Position numbers and translations under genes: made by a program. Positions 27,038 through 36,485 of a stretch of DNA of 52,536 nt are shown piece after piece. This DNA comes from a virus (taxonomy: Duplodnaviria > Caudoviricetes), in the IMG/VR virus record IMGVR_UViG_3300047301_000210, positions 1-52,536 of that record; one strand, given 5' to 3'. Each line of letters opens with the position of its first letter. Position 1 is the stretch's first letter. The notes beneath the pieces are model-generated. The model searched no databases and was not told the origin of the DNA. It saw only the letters and a list, made by a program, of their open reading frames with translations.

Positions 27038-28724
27038 GTCCAGCGGTATATACGAGATACGTAACTCATTAAATAATCACATCTATATCGGGTCAACTAA
27101 GAATTTTTGCCAGCGATGGCAGCAGCATCGCCGGCTTTTGCAAAAGGGAGCTCACCACAGCAGGCATTTTGCAAATGCCTGGTTTCTCTGCGGCGAGGCC
27201 AGTTTCTTATTTGCGGAAATCGAGCAGGTCAACGACTTGCGACAGTTGATACCGGTAGAACAGCGGTATTTAGACGAGTTTAAGCCTGCGTATAATGTGA
27301 GAACCAAAGCAAGCAGACCTTCTGAAAGTGGCCATGATATTCCAGTTGAGCGCATCTCTCCATTAAATGGTGAAGTGGTAGAGTACCGATCTATCTCAGA
27401 GGCCGCCCAGGCCGGATTTGATTCGTCAGGTATTTGTGATAGCGCCTCTGGTCAAACTGCTTCTCACGCTAATTATTACTGGCGATTTTTGGATGGGCGG
27501 TCGGACGACTTGCCTGAATTCGATTATGAAAGAATATTTTACCCTGTTCGGGGAGTAAGGAAAACAGACGGACATGTCGTCGAATTGTCGTCCTATGATG
27601 ACTGCAATGCTGCTGGTTTCAATTATAGAAAGATTCGCGAATGTTGTGCTGGTCAACGGGGAAGGCGGGAGCACAAGGAATATTCCTGGACTTACATGGA
27701 TGTCCTGAGGCAAGCAGAGGAAGCTGCAAACCCTTGTTCTACATTCGAAGAGACATTCAACAAACCAGTTGAGCGAATCGACAAGAATGGCGAGATAACA
27801 AAGTATCCATCCATCAGCGCGACCTCAGAGGCTGGATTTACTCCCTCCAGTGTTGGAAAGTGTTGTCGCGGGGAAAGAGAGACTCATCGTGACGATAATT
27901 GGCGATTTGCTGATGGCAGCAGCCCTCAGTTTATCTCGAAACGTCCTGAAATAGAAATCAGTCAAATCTCTATCGAGACTGGCGAGTGCTTGCGGGTATG
28001 GCGCCGCCAGGCCGAGCTAGAAGAGGCTGGCTATAGTTATCCGACTGTGTGGGGTTGTATGGTTGGTGAAGTTGGTCATAAAACATATAAAAATAGCATT
28101 TGGCGCCGGGGCAATGTCTCTTTGTCTATGACAGAAGTTGAGGCAGTCCTTGATTCCAAGTATTCTGCTTTCTTCCGTGGTGTAGTGAGGCTCGACCCCA
28201 ATACTGGTGCTCGCAAGGAGTACGCGAGTCAAAGTGCGGTTGAGGCGGATGGATACCTGCAGGCAAAAGTGTCCCGGTGTTGCCTTGGAAAAGGGCGGAA
28301 ACACGCCGGATACTACTGGGAATTTCTTGATGGGAGCACTCCAGCAAATGCAAAGAACCGCATACGCAAAATCCCTAGCGTAACGCATACCTCGAATGGG
28401 AAGGAAATCCCTTATACCAAATACGCTGATTTGGCGAATGGTGGTTTTGACGTAGAATCAGTTCTGAGCATTTGTGAGGCTGGCGGCAATCAGGAGTGGC
28501 GCTTTTCTGATAAAACCCGAAAAACTACCGTGAATACAAATAAGCGCGTTTGTTTGCGTACTAACGCGGTGCAGGCAACAGCCTCTGACAGTACAACCAT
28601 ACTATACGCTTCGATGCACGAAGCTGCGCTGGGATGTGGCGGCACTACCGCTAAAATCCGGGAGTGCTGCATGGGTAAGCGCAAAACTCATGCTGGTTTT
28701 TCATGGAGCTTTGCAGAGAATTGA
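27036..28724 (+). CDS. free-standing GIY-YIG homing endonuclease with 7 NUMOD1-like repeats
   Basis: SGIYEIRN...IYIGST, R.QQH, EQRYLD and YN motifs, then repeated Y.S..EA...GF....I..CC.G.....GY.W.F units. TTG start. Confidence 0.9.
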   Translation: MSSGIYEIRNSLNNHIYIGSTKNFCQRWQQHRRLLQKGAHHSRHFANAWFLCGEASFLFAEIEQVNDLRQLIPVEQRYLDEFKPAYNVRTKASRPSESGHDIPVERISPLNGEVVEYRSISEAAQAGFDSSGICDSASGQTASHANYYWRFLDGRSDDLPEFDYERIFYPVRGVRKTDGHVVELSSYDDCNAAGFNYRKIRECCAGQRGRREHKEYSWTYMDVLRQAEEAANPCSTFEETFNKPVERIDKNGEITKYPSISATSEAGFTPSSVGKCCRGERETHRDDNWRFADGSSPQFISKRPEIEISQISIETGECLRVWRRQAELEEAGYSYPTVWGCMVGEVGHKTYKNSIWRRGNVSLSMTEVEAVLDSKYSAFFRGVVRLDPNTGARKEYASQSAVEADGYLQAKVSRCCLGKGRKHAGYYWEFLDGSTPANAKNRIRKIPSVTHTSNGKEIPYTKYADLANGGFDVESVLSICEAGGNQEWRFSDKTRKTTVNTNKRVCLRTNAVQATASDSTTILYASMHEAALGCGGTTAKIRECCMGKRKTHAGFSWSFAEN

Positions 28725-28752
28725 AGCCCCAGGCAACTGGGGTTTGTTTTTT
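28725..28752 (+). terminator. intrinsic terminator
   Basis: CCCCAG-GCAA-CTGGGG followed by TTTGTTTTTT. Confidence 0.85.
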
Positions 28753-28812
28753 ATATGGGTGATTCACTTGTCTTCAGTTTTCCTACTGCTGATAGCGCAA
28801 CAAAGAGGGCTG

Positions 28813-29070
28813 ATGAAAATTTCTGATTATGCAATTCTTCACTTAGATGAGAACCGGTTTCTCGAAGAGTTTCGGTTACTTTATCCGGAACTCTCCGATG
28901 AAGTACTATTGGCCGGAAGAGATGAAGCTAGATACATTGCCAAAGACAGGCACGGCGAAGATTTTGCTATTTCAAAAGCAATGCAAAGCGATAGTAGTCG
29001 TTTTGTGCTGATCTTTAGGGTCGGCTCCGGAAAATGGATATCGTACATTAGCCCCAGAAGGATAGCATGA
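28813..29070 (+). CDS. hypothetical protein (85 aa)
   Basis: GAGGG RBS before ATG 28813 (MKISDY); ATGA overlap with thyA. Confidence 0.65.
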   Translation: MKISDYAILHLDENRFLEEFRLLYPELSDEVLLAGRDEARYIAKDRHGEDFAISKAMQSDSSRFVLIFRVGSGKWISYISPRRIA

Positions 29071-29927
29071 AACAAAACAGCGAACAACAATACCTAGATT
29101 TAATGGCACAGACCCTCTCTGGAGTAGATAGAGAGGACCGAACAGGTGTTGGCTCCATCTCTACCTGGGGTGCGCAGATAAAGTTCGATCTATCTGATGG
29201 ATTTCCGCTTTTCACAACAAGGCAGCTCTCCGCCAGACTCGGTATAGAAGAAACTCTTTTCTTTCTTCGTGGAGAAACTGACACAAAACTACTTGAGGCA
29301 AAAAATATAAACATTTGGTCCGGAAACACAAGCAGAGAGTTTCTTGATTCTCGCGGGCTAACTCACCTTCCTGTTGGAGACATGGGAAAGGGGTACGGGC
29401 ATCAGATTCGTAATTTTGGTGGAGATGACGAGCGAAAAGGATTTGATCAACTAACTTATTTGATCAAAAACATTAAGGAAAATCCCTCTGATCGTCGGCA
29501 CTATATTAGCTATTGGCACCCTCAGGTCCTAACGGAGGCGGCGCTACCTCCTTGCCACCTCAGTTTTAACTGCCAGGTCGTTAACGGCGTGCTGAATTCA
29601 TGTTTTTATATGCGTTCATCAGACCTGTATCATGGACTGCCGCACAATGTTGTCGGATATGCGTTTTTGACCCATTTGATCGCAAATCTAACAGGCCTAA
29701 GGCCAGGAACAATGGTTTATATGGCAGCCGATTGCCACATTTATCGTTCTCAGATTGATGTAGTGGAAGAGCAACTTACTAGAGAGCCGCTTGCGCTCCC
29801 TAAGTTTGAATTCACAAGAGAGTTTTCGTCCCTGGATGACGCACTTTCGATGAAATACGAGACCGATATCAAAATCACTGGATACAATCACTGTGGAAAG
29901 CTTAAAGCAGTAAAGATGGCGGTATAA
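29067..29927 (+). CDS. thyA: thymidylate synthase
   Basis: DRTGVG, GFPLFTTR, LPPCH (catalytic Cys), MRSSD, the dUMP-specifying Asn in GLPHN, and DCHIY. Confidence 0.97.
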   Translation: MKQNSEQQYLDLMAQTLSGVDREDRTGVGSISTWGAQIKFDLSDGFPLFTTRQLSARLGIEETLFFLRGETDTKLLEAKNINIWSGNTSREFLDSRGLTHLPVGDMGKGYGHQIRNFGGDDERKGFDQLTYLIKNIKENPSDRRHYISYWHPQVLTEAALPPCHLSFNCQVVNGVLNSCFYMRSSDLYHGLPHNVVGYAFLTHLIANLTGLRPGTMVYMAADCHIYRSQIDVVEEQLTREPLALPKFEFTREFSSLDDALSMKYETDIKITGYNHCGKLKAVKMAV

Positions 29928-29929
29928 AT

Positions 29930-30385
29930 ATGATCGGAATTGCCGCTATATCTGAAAATCTGGTGATTGGCAAAGATGGAAAGTTGCCATGGAGCTTACC
30001 AGAAGACCTAAAGTGGTTTCGCACTGTGACAATGGGTCATGTTGTTTGCTTTGGAAGAAATACAGCTGCTTCTGTAGGAAATCTAAAGGGCAGAGACATT
30101 AGAACTCTCACAAGAACTCCGACAAAAGACACAGAAGCGGCTAGCCCATTAGATATCGTGACTACTGGTGATCAGAAGATATTTCTTGCTGGTGGTGCCC
30201 AGATATACGAGCAATATCTGCATCTTTGCAGCGAGCTGTATATAACTCACGTATCAGGTCAGTTTGAAGGAGACACCTTCTTTCCTGTTTGGTGGGATTG
30301 GGGCTTTAACGAACACGCCACCCTGGTTGAGGGTGGCGGTTTCACTGTCAAGCATTATTTATCTAAAAACATTTCACTTAGGTAG
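29930..30385 (+). CDS. folA: dihydrofolate reductase
   Basis: VIGKDGKLPWSLPEDLKWF, GRNT, GGAQIY and GDTFFP; adjacent to thyA. Confidence 0.95.
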   Translation: MIGIAAISENLVIGKDGKLPWSLPEDLKWFRTVTMGHVVCFGRNTAASVGNLKGRDIRTLTRTPTKDTEAASPLDIVTTGDQKIFLAGGAQIYEQYLHLCSELYITHVSGQFEGDTFFPVWWDWGFNEHATLVEGGGFTVKHYLSKNISLR

Positions 30386-30751
30386 GCTTGGATCCATATT
30401 TTCAAGGATCTGAGTGACGCCATACTTGCGCTTAAGCTCTTCAATTTTTGGAGTAGCTTTTTGCTTGGCTTCCGTCATTGTACGGCCTTCAAAAGTAAAT
30501 GCCTCTAGTGGACCAGGCGCGGCGCTGGTTGACCACTCATCCTGAGTGGCTTGTTTTTCACGAACTTCAACAGTTAGCAGGACGCCTGCGGGCCCACGAG
30601 TGTAGGTGGCGTGGATGCTGTGCCGAACCTCCTCTGCGATGCGTAGGATCGTCTCAGCTGCGTTTGTGAGGGAGTCGGCACCCGCTGGGTCAGCCTTCTC
30701 AAGAGCGGCCGCCATTTTAAGCAGCGTTTTAGCAAAAGTCGCAAATTCCAT
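30374..30751 (-). CDS. hypothetical protein (125 aa), the only credible minus-strand gene
   Basis: GGGAG RBS before ATG 30751 (MEFATF); N-terminal shared module LLKMAAALEKADPAGADSL...ILRIA. Fills an otherwise empty gap. Confidence 0.75.
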   Translation of the reverse strand: MEFATFAKTLLKMAAALEKADPAGADSLTNAAETILRIAEEVRHSIHATYTRGPAGVLLTVEVREKQATQDEWSTSAAPGPLEAFTFEGRTMTEAKQKATPKIEELKRKYGVTQILENMDPSLPK

Positions 30752-30780
30752 CCTAATTCTCCCGAGTTGTAAGCAGGCGC

Positions 30781-32052
30781 ATGATAAATTACACGCCTTT
30801 ATTTGTAGTCCGCAATGATTCAGATTCACCAATGGTACTTCTCAATAAATGGCGATTAGTACCTGGTGAAGAGTTAGATTTATTAACTGCAAGGCCACCT
30901 GCAACCGAAAATGAAGTATTGGCTGCACTAGGGCAAAAGAACAACCTGAGTGATGCATTGCGCGCCCATACGCTTACGCTGGTGAGGCACTCTCTTTATA
31001 TTCAGCAGCTGATGCCGAAGACAATCTCGGCGTCGCTGAATGCGCAGTACCCGCTCAGATATAAAGATGGCTTGATTTCAATCGATGAAGCAAGCGCATC
31101 AAATTCTGGCGTAATCTCTCCAGAGAATTTTGTCAAGGCAGTCGGCCCAGATGGAACAGTCAAGGTCTGGGTATCCGCAACCTTGAGAAAGAATGAAGGG
31201 CCAGAAATTCACCTACCAATGTTGGCTGACGAAAGGGTTATTTCTTTTTTCTTTGATACTGCGGTAGTTCGTGCGCAGAGCTCTTTGAAAAGGCAGCCTG
31301 CTAAACTCCTTGGACTGGGCAAGTCTGTTGGATTAAAGTACATCACTCGGTCACGAGTTGTTCTAACTGGTGAGCTACCAGAAGATGCGGTTATCTTTAT
31401 CCAGGCATCTGTTCGTTATGAAGATGCAGACTCAATATCAGTAGAAGGGCCTCCTTATGCCGGGTCATCGGGAGAGTATTCTCGCTCTATTCAAGCTGTC
31501 ACTGGAAACATAAAAGAACTTCAAGTCGGTAATTTTGTTGGAGGGGTTACCGAGTCAAATTCTTTCAAGATTAAGGGGCACGCCCCAGCGGGAATGTCTT
31601 TAAAGGTGAACGGAGACGGCTCATTCTACACAGATACTCCCATCTATACGTCTCCAACTCCTCCTAAGTCTGTTTTTGATGGACAAGTTTGGATGAATAC
31701 CTCTGTAGGGGAACAGCTTATCTGGTCCGAGCAAGACTCAAAGTGGTATTACCTTGCAAAGCGTCGTTTTGACTTTCAAGGTAGTCAAGGAAACGTTGTA
31801 TCTGCGGGACTTCCTTATCGAGTCCTTCCTCGTGGTGGCCTGATTGTTGGAGCTACCTGCGAATCAATCGGCGCAGTAAGGCTTTCTGTTGCCGTTGATG
31901 GAAAGACGGTTAAAGATCTGGATGTTTCTGGATTCAATGAATTTGTATTAAGTCTCCCATACTTGCAGCAGAGCAAGCTACGAATTTTTCAAGACACATC
32001 TATGGCCGCAAATGCATTTGCAGCAAGCCTCTATGTGAAAGAGATTTTTTAA
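30781..32052 (+). CDS. putative virion (tail/fibre-associated) protein
   Basis: Beta-rich; P...FDGQVWMNT..W fibre-type motif; N-domain shared with 32062 and 43876. Confidence 0.65.
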   Translation: MINYTPLFVVRNDSDSPMVLLNKWRLVPGEELDLLTARPPATENEVLAALGQKNNLSDALRAHTLTLVRHSLYIQQLMPKTISASLNAQYPLRYKDGLISIDEASASNSGVISPENFVKAVGPDGTVKVWVSATLRKNEGPEIHLPMLADERVISFFFDTAVVRAQSSLKRQPAKLLGLGKSVGLKYITRSRVVLTGELPEDAVIFIQASVRYEDADSISVEGPPYAGSSGEYSRSIQAVTGNIKELQVGNFVGGVTESNSFKIKGHAPAGMSLKVNGDGSFYTDTPIYTSPTPPKSVFDGQVWMNTSVGEQLIWSEQDSKWYYLAKRRFDFQGSQGNVVSAGLPYRVLPRGGLIVGATCESIGAVRLSVAVDGKTVKDLDVSGFNEFVLSLPYLQQSKLRIFQDTSMAANAFAASLYVKEIF

Positions 32053-32061
32053 GGTTGATCT

Positions 32062-33549
32062 TTGTCGAGTTACCAGCCAGAGTTTCATGAGCCGATTCTG
32101 ATCGTCAAAAACATCAGCCGAGATAGGGTTGATGTTCTTGGCGCAGTATCTCTTTTGCCCGGAGAGACTAGAGAGATATTCTCTAGTGCTATGCCTAGTA
32201 ACCGTGACGATCTACTTACTCGCGCCGCCAGAGAACTGACCCCTCCGAATGGACAGCTGTATCTCTCTGTAATGGCGGGAGCAGTTGAGGTTTTAGATTT
32301 TCGTATATGGGCCAACAGCGTAGATGAGACGCAGATCCGGACAAGTAATTCCACATTTCCAGGCGCAGTATTGGCGTTTGATGGAACCAACTTACTCTGG
32401 TCATCTCCTGGCGCTGCCGCCACTCCAGTGCAAGCTCCACTCGTTAATGACGGCATGTCTGTGTCGATCCCCCGGGCGACTGCACTGGCAGACGGGTATC
32501 TGTCCAAAGACGACTACCAGTATATTTTTGCTTCGATTCGGCGCAAACAGAGAATGTGGCAATATCAGGATTTTGCCGCCCCGCTCGGAACAAGCCTTGA
32601 GATAACTGCATTCCAAAATGGAACCGGTCTAACATTTGACCCTTCTTATGTGATTAACGATACGGCTGCGATTGTATTGCAGTCAGATCTTGATTCGCCA
32701 CCTCTATCGACGACGTCTTTTCCAGTAAGGCTATTGCCAGGTAGTCGCGTCAAGGTTTCGACGCATATTTCCGATACGGTAATCTTAAATCAGGCCCCGG
32801 CTGCAGCGTCTGCCTGCAGAGTGTACTTCTTAATCAGCCTGCCTGATGGAGTGCTTCCTCCCTATGATTATCAGGAGGCTCCTCAATTCCTAAAAAGTTC
32901 GCCCGGCGGACTGCTCGATGAAAACTACTTAAACCAAAATCAAGACGAGACGGCTTATGGAGTAAAGACATTTGCTCAGGCGATTCAACTTGATGATAGC
33001 TTTGTTTATCCGACCGGCGCCACGGATGGCTATACAATGTATAGCGATGCGACGGGAAAGGGCTATTGGGGTCCTGCCCCAGTCGGTGGTGGCGGTGGCG
33101 GCGGAGTAACCGACCCAGATTTACTTGTCTTCACAGAAATAAATCTGGTTGGCGGACAAACAATCACTTCAGTTGGAACAGAGTTAGTTTTTACCGACTC
33201 CACCGGGACTGCTTCGCTCACGACCCTTAAGTCAATGCGAAACGTGTGGGCAGACGGCTATGGGTATGGAGATCTGATCATTTCTGATGCCACAAATTGG
33301 GCAGCGACCTATACATATGTTTCTGCCGTACATGTTGCAAGCCCATCCACAGACTGGGACCTTTGGCTCTATGAAGATGCGTTCGTGAATGGGATAAAAA
33401 TAGCTAGTTTTGGAATGGGAACAATGACCGTTGATGTTGGGTTTGAATGTAACTCCATCGATACAAATATTAGATTGAGATACCTGTCGAATGATGGAAA
33501 TCTTTCTGCTGCATCCATTAGAGTCAGCGGAGAAGCGCGCAGACATTAA
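32062..33549 (+). CDS. putative virion (fibre-like) protein
   Basis: TTG start; fibre-type motifs GAVLAFDGTNLLW, YGVKTF and DATGKGYW; poly-Gly linker; 3 DGY. Confidence 0.7.
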   Translation: MSSYQPEFHEPILIVKNISRDRVDVLGAVSLLPGETREIFSSAMPSNRDDLLTRAARELTPPNGQLYLSVMAGAVEVLDFRIWANSVDETQIRTSNSTFPGAVLAFDGTNLLWSSPGAAATPVQAPLVNDGMSVSIPRATALADGYLSKDDYQYIFASIRRKQRMWQYQDFAAPLGTSLEITAFQNGTGLTFDPSYVINDTAAIVLQSDLDSPPLSTTSFPVRLLPGSRVKVSTHISDTVILNQAPAAASACRVYFLISLPDGVLPPYDYQEAPQFLKSSPGGLLDENYLNQNQDETAYGVKTFAQAIQLDDSFVYPTGATDGYTMYSDATGKGYWGPAPVGGGGGGGVTDPDLLVFTEINLVGGQTITSVGTELVFTDSTGTASLTTLKSMRNVWADGYGYGDLIISDATNWAATYTYVSAVHVASPSTDWDLWLYEDAFVNGIKIASFGMGTMTVDVGFECNSIDTNIRLRYLSNDGNLSAASIRVSGEARRH

Positions 33550-33602
33550 TCTAGCAATCTTGTAATAAGCAGACATAATCGGCATTATCGCCGGAGGACA
33601 AC

Positions 33603-35720
33603 ATGGCAATTGCAGATGATTTTAGCATTACGGCGGGTGGAGACATTCGCTACACTGGCGCGGGCACGACGAATTACACGGTAATCGCATTTCACCGTTG
33701 GCTGGGCGACCTAATGGACGATGCCCAGGCTGCCGGCAATGATATCATAGATATCACGTACGCCACCGCCTCTGAGCGTTCGACCGATAACATCATCACG
33801 CTCAGTTCCCCCTACAATATCGACGATGTTGCTGCGCAGCATCTCTATGATGGCTCAATCATCCAAGATGCGGGAGCTACCATCTACGATGGTATTCTCG
33901 TGTTCGCTACTGCCGGCGCATACCTGCAGCTTCTGCAGAATGGAGCCCCAGCTTATCCGAACTTCTGGACGACCGGGCTAAATGACGATGCCGCCAACGG
34001 GATTAGCCATCGGTTTATGCTCAAGGTTCGTACCGGCGGCGCCGACATAGATGGTCGTCGTATTATCGGTCAAACAAGAGTATTCGGTCAAACCTACTCA
34101 GAGTTCAAAATTAACGGGACTTCTCGCGGTAACAACGTACTTGCTTTAACTTATGCTTCCGATCTAAACAACCAGACAGCAATTGGTACCGTTAAGGGCT
34201 GGACTGATGTTACGAATACCGAAGGGTTTCGCGCTTTAGATGTCGACAACAATGCCGTCAATGAAAATTATTTCTCTGAGTGGAACAGGGGCGCGCAGAC
34301 TATCAACGGTCTGTTTGAGCGATCAAAATGGTTGTCGAGAACTTCCACTACCGAAGATTCGAATAGTGAGACTGGCACAAACTATCAGGTTGGCAATGGC
34401 ACAATCACCAGACAGGCGCAATCCTTTTCCAATGGAGTTGTTGCGCAAAATCTTACGCGAGTTCATGCGCGGTTAAAGAAAGTAGGTGCCCCAACTGGCA
34501 ACCTTACGGCCACAGTTTATGCTCACTCAGGTACGTTTGGCACCTCATCTGTCGGGACCGGAGCCGCGATTGCTACGAGCGTAAACTTTGACGTTTCAAA
34601 GTTAACGACATCTTACCTTGAGTATGAGATTGCGTTCACCACGCAGCTCACGATGGCCGCCAGCACAAACTACATCATTAGTTTTGACTACAGTGTCGGG
34701 GATGTGTCGAATTATGTGCATGTCGAGGGTGACTCTACTGGAACACATGCAGGCAACAAGGCCGAGTTCGCAGGAAGCTGGACTGCTGCCGCCGCAGAAG
34801 ATCTTTGGTTTCAGTGCTATGCTTGCCCACTACTTTACGAGATGTCCGGCGAAATCTTTCGCGGTATTACTCACGAAATCACCGTAGACACTCCGACCGG
34901 CACATTTCAACCAGTTGAGCCTGTGTCTTGGTCTGGCGGCACCGGCCAGATGCTTGCAATCAATAGCCCAACTGCTGCCACAAAAATGTGGATTCAGCTG
35001 TTGACTGGCCTTGCTCCCACCGATAATCAAGTTATTGCTGGCGGACAATCTTCTGCTACTGCTACAATGAATGTCACCATTACTGAGCGCACACTATCTT
35101 TCCCATACATTGGAGCTTCGACTGGCTCCGCGCTAATCGGTGCCTATGGAATTGGTGTAGAATCGGCCAACTTGACGGCGAGCGACAAGCTTTTCGATCT
35201 AACAAATGCACAGAAAGTTCCTCCTAACAACGTGACGTTCACAGTGAATGGACTTTTCATTGGTGAAGATCGCGTGCTTGTTGGACCCGAATCTGGCGCG
35301 GCTCTAGATGTCGCTCAGATGACTCTAAATACAACCCTCAGTGGTGCTGCGGTAACGTCAGTTGTTATGACTACGACGATTCCTTCGGATACCCCTGCAA
35401 CAGGCACGATTCGGATCGAACTCGATAGTGGAATTTATCGCCGTGTCGCATATACATCATTCACATCAGCAACATTTACAATTGGAAGTACCGACTTCTC
35501 AACCGATAACGCAACTGCTCCTGCGAATGTATTCATTAGCTATATCGATAAGCTCGCCACTGCAACCAGTGAGAGCTTCACGGTTGTATACAACACAAGC
35601 CGGTCACTGTTTGTTCGCGTAAGGGATGGCCAGGCTACGCCTACGAAGACGTTTGAAACGCAATCGACGCTCGGTTCTGGCGGCGGGTCAGCTACCGCCA
35701 TTAGAACTTCGGATGCGTGA
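33603..35720 (+). CDS. virion structural protein (fibre/spike module)
   Basis: GGAGG RBS, 705 aa, Thr/Gly/Ser/Ala beta-rich. Confidence 0.75.
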   Translation: MAIADDFSITAGGDIRYTGAGTTNYTVIAFHRWLGDLMDDAQAAGNDIIDITYATASERSTDNIITLSSPYNIDDVAAQHLYDGSIIQDAGATIYDGILVFATAGAYLQLLQNGAPAYPNFWTTGLNDDAANGISHRFMLKVRTGGADIDGRRIIGQTRVFGQTYSEFKINGTSRGNNVLALTYASDLNNQTAIGTVKGWTDVTNTEGFRALDVDNNAVNENYFSEWNRGAQTINGLFERSKWLSRTSTTEDSNSETGTNYQVGNGTITRQAQSFSNGVVAQNLTRVHARLKKVGAPTGNLTATVYAHSGTFGTSSVGTGAAIATSVNFDVSKLTTSYLEYEIAFTTQLTMAASTNYIISFDYSVGDVSNYVHVEGDSTGTHAGNKAEFAGSWTAAAAEDLWFQCYACPLLYEMSGEIFRGITHEITVDTPTGTFQPVEPVSWSGGTGQMLAINSPTAATKMWIQLLTGLAPTDNQVIAGGQSSATATMNVTITERTLSFPYIGASTGSALIGAYGIGVESANLTASDKLFDLTNAQKVPPNNVTFTVNGLFIGEDRVLVGPESGAALDVAQMTLNTTLSGAAVTSVVMTTTIPSDTPATGTIRIELDSGIYRRVAYTSFTSATFTIGSTDFSTDNATAPANVFISYIDKLATATSESFTVVYNTSRSLFVRVRDGQATPTKTFETQSTLGSGGGSATAIRTSDA

Positions 35721-35738
35721 TATTTGAGACAGTGAATT

Positions 35739-36485
35739 ATGGAAGAAAGCAGAAAACAAAGAATTCACACTTTTAGTGATGATCGCACTATCTCAATATG
35801 TATTTACTCAATTACAAATACAGCAAATGGTAAAATTTACATTGGGCAAACTACTCGCAAGGCTGGCAAAAGATGGGGCGCTCACTTGAGCGTTAAATCT
35901 GGAGCTGGAAAAAGCGCCATAAAATGTGCGATCACAAAGTACGGCAAAGATTCGTTTGCTTTTGCCGTTCTGGATACCGCTGAAAATCAAATTGATTTAG
36001 ACCTTAAAGAGATAGCTTGGATTAGCAAGCTTAACTCTGTTGCACCAAGCGGTTATAATTTAACTTATGGTGGGTCTAGTAAAAAAATATGTAGCGAAGA
36101 AACTCGCTCAAAAATGAGAGCGTCTGCCAGGGCTCGTTTTGAGCGCGAGGGGAGAACTGTTATTCCGGAAACAGAGGAAGAGCACGCCATTAGAAGGGCA
36201 GCCTGGGCTTTGGCGAGCAAAGAAAGACTTACTGGAAATACTTATCGCAGAGGTAAAAAAACTAGTCAAGAAGCAGTAGAGAAGATGAGAATTGCTAAAA
36301 CCGGTGTCCCTGTTCCCAAGAGATACAAACCAATAATTGGAAGCGATGGAAGCTCTTATCCCAGCATTAAACATGCTGTCGTGGAGATAGGCTGTAATCA
36401 TGCAACATTAATGAAGCACCTATCTGGTAAATTACAAACGGTTTATGGTATTGTGTATTCCTATGCATCAAGAGGTGGAATTTGA
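35739..36485 (+). CDS. free-standing GIY-YIG homing endonuclease with NUMOD3 motifs
   Basis: CIYSITN...IYIGQT, R...H, KEIAWI and PSGYNL; SEETRSKM and SQEAVEKM repeats; C-terminal HTH. AT-richer than its neighbours. Confidence 0.9.
   Translation: MEESRKQRIHTFSDDRTISICIYSITNTANGKIYIGQTTRKAGKRWGAHLSVKSGAGKSAIKCAITKYGKDSFAFAVLDTAENQIDLDLKEIAWISKLNSVAPSGYNLTYGGSSKKICSEETRSKMRASARARFEREGRTVIPETEEEHAIRRAAWALASKERLTGNTYRRGKKTSQEAVEKMRIAKTGVPVPKRYKPIIGSDGSSYPSIKHAVVEIGCNHATLMKHLSGKLQTVYGIVYSYASRGGI

Noticed and set aside
26957-28724. Group I intron interrupting the MCP gene
   Set aside because: The MCP ends with a complete-looking C-terminus, a stop codon and a terminator; no downstream exon or intron core is evident.
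29067-29927. Thymidylate-synthase homolog acting as a DNA base-modification enzyme (dCMP hydroxymethylase type)
   Set aside because: It keeps the dUMP-specifying Asn (GLPHN) and canonical folate-binding motifs, and it is paired with DHFR.
33084-33106. GGT/GGC run as a simple-sequence contingency locus
   Set aside because: It is a mixed-codon in-frame poly-Gly linker, typical of fibre proteins.
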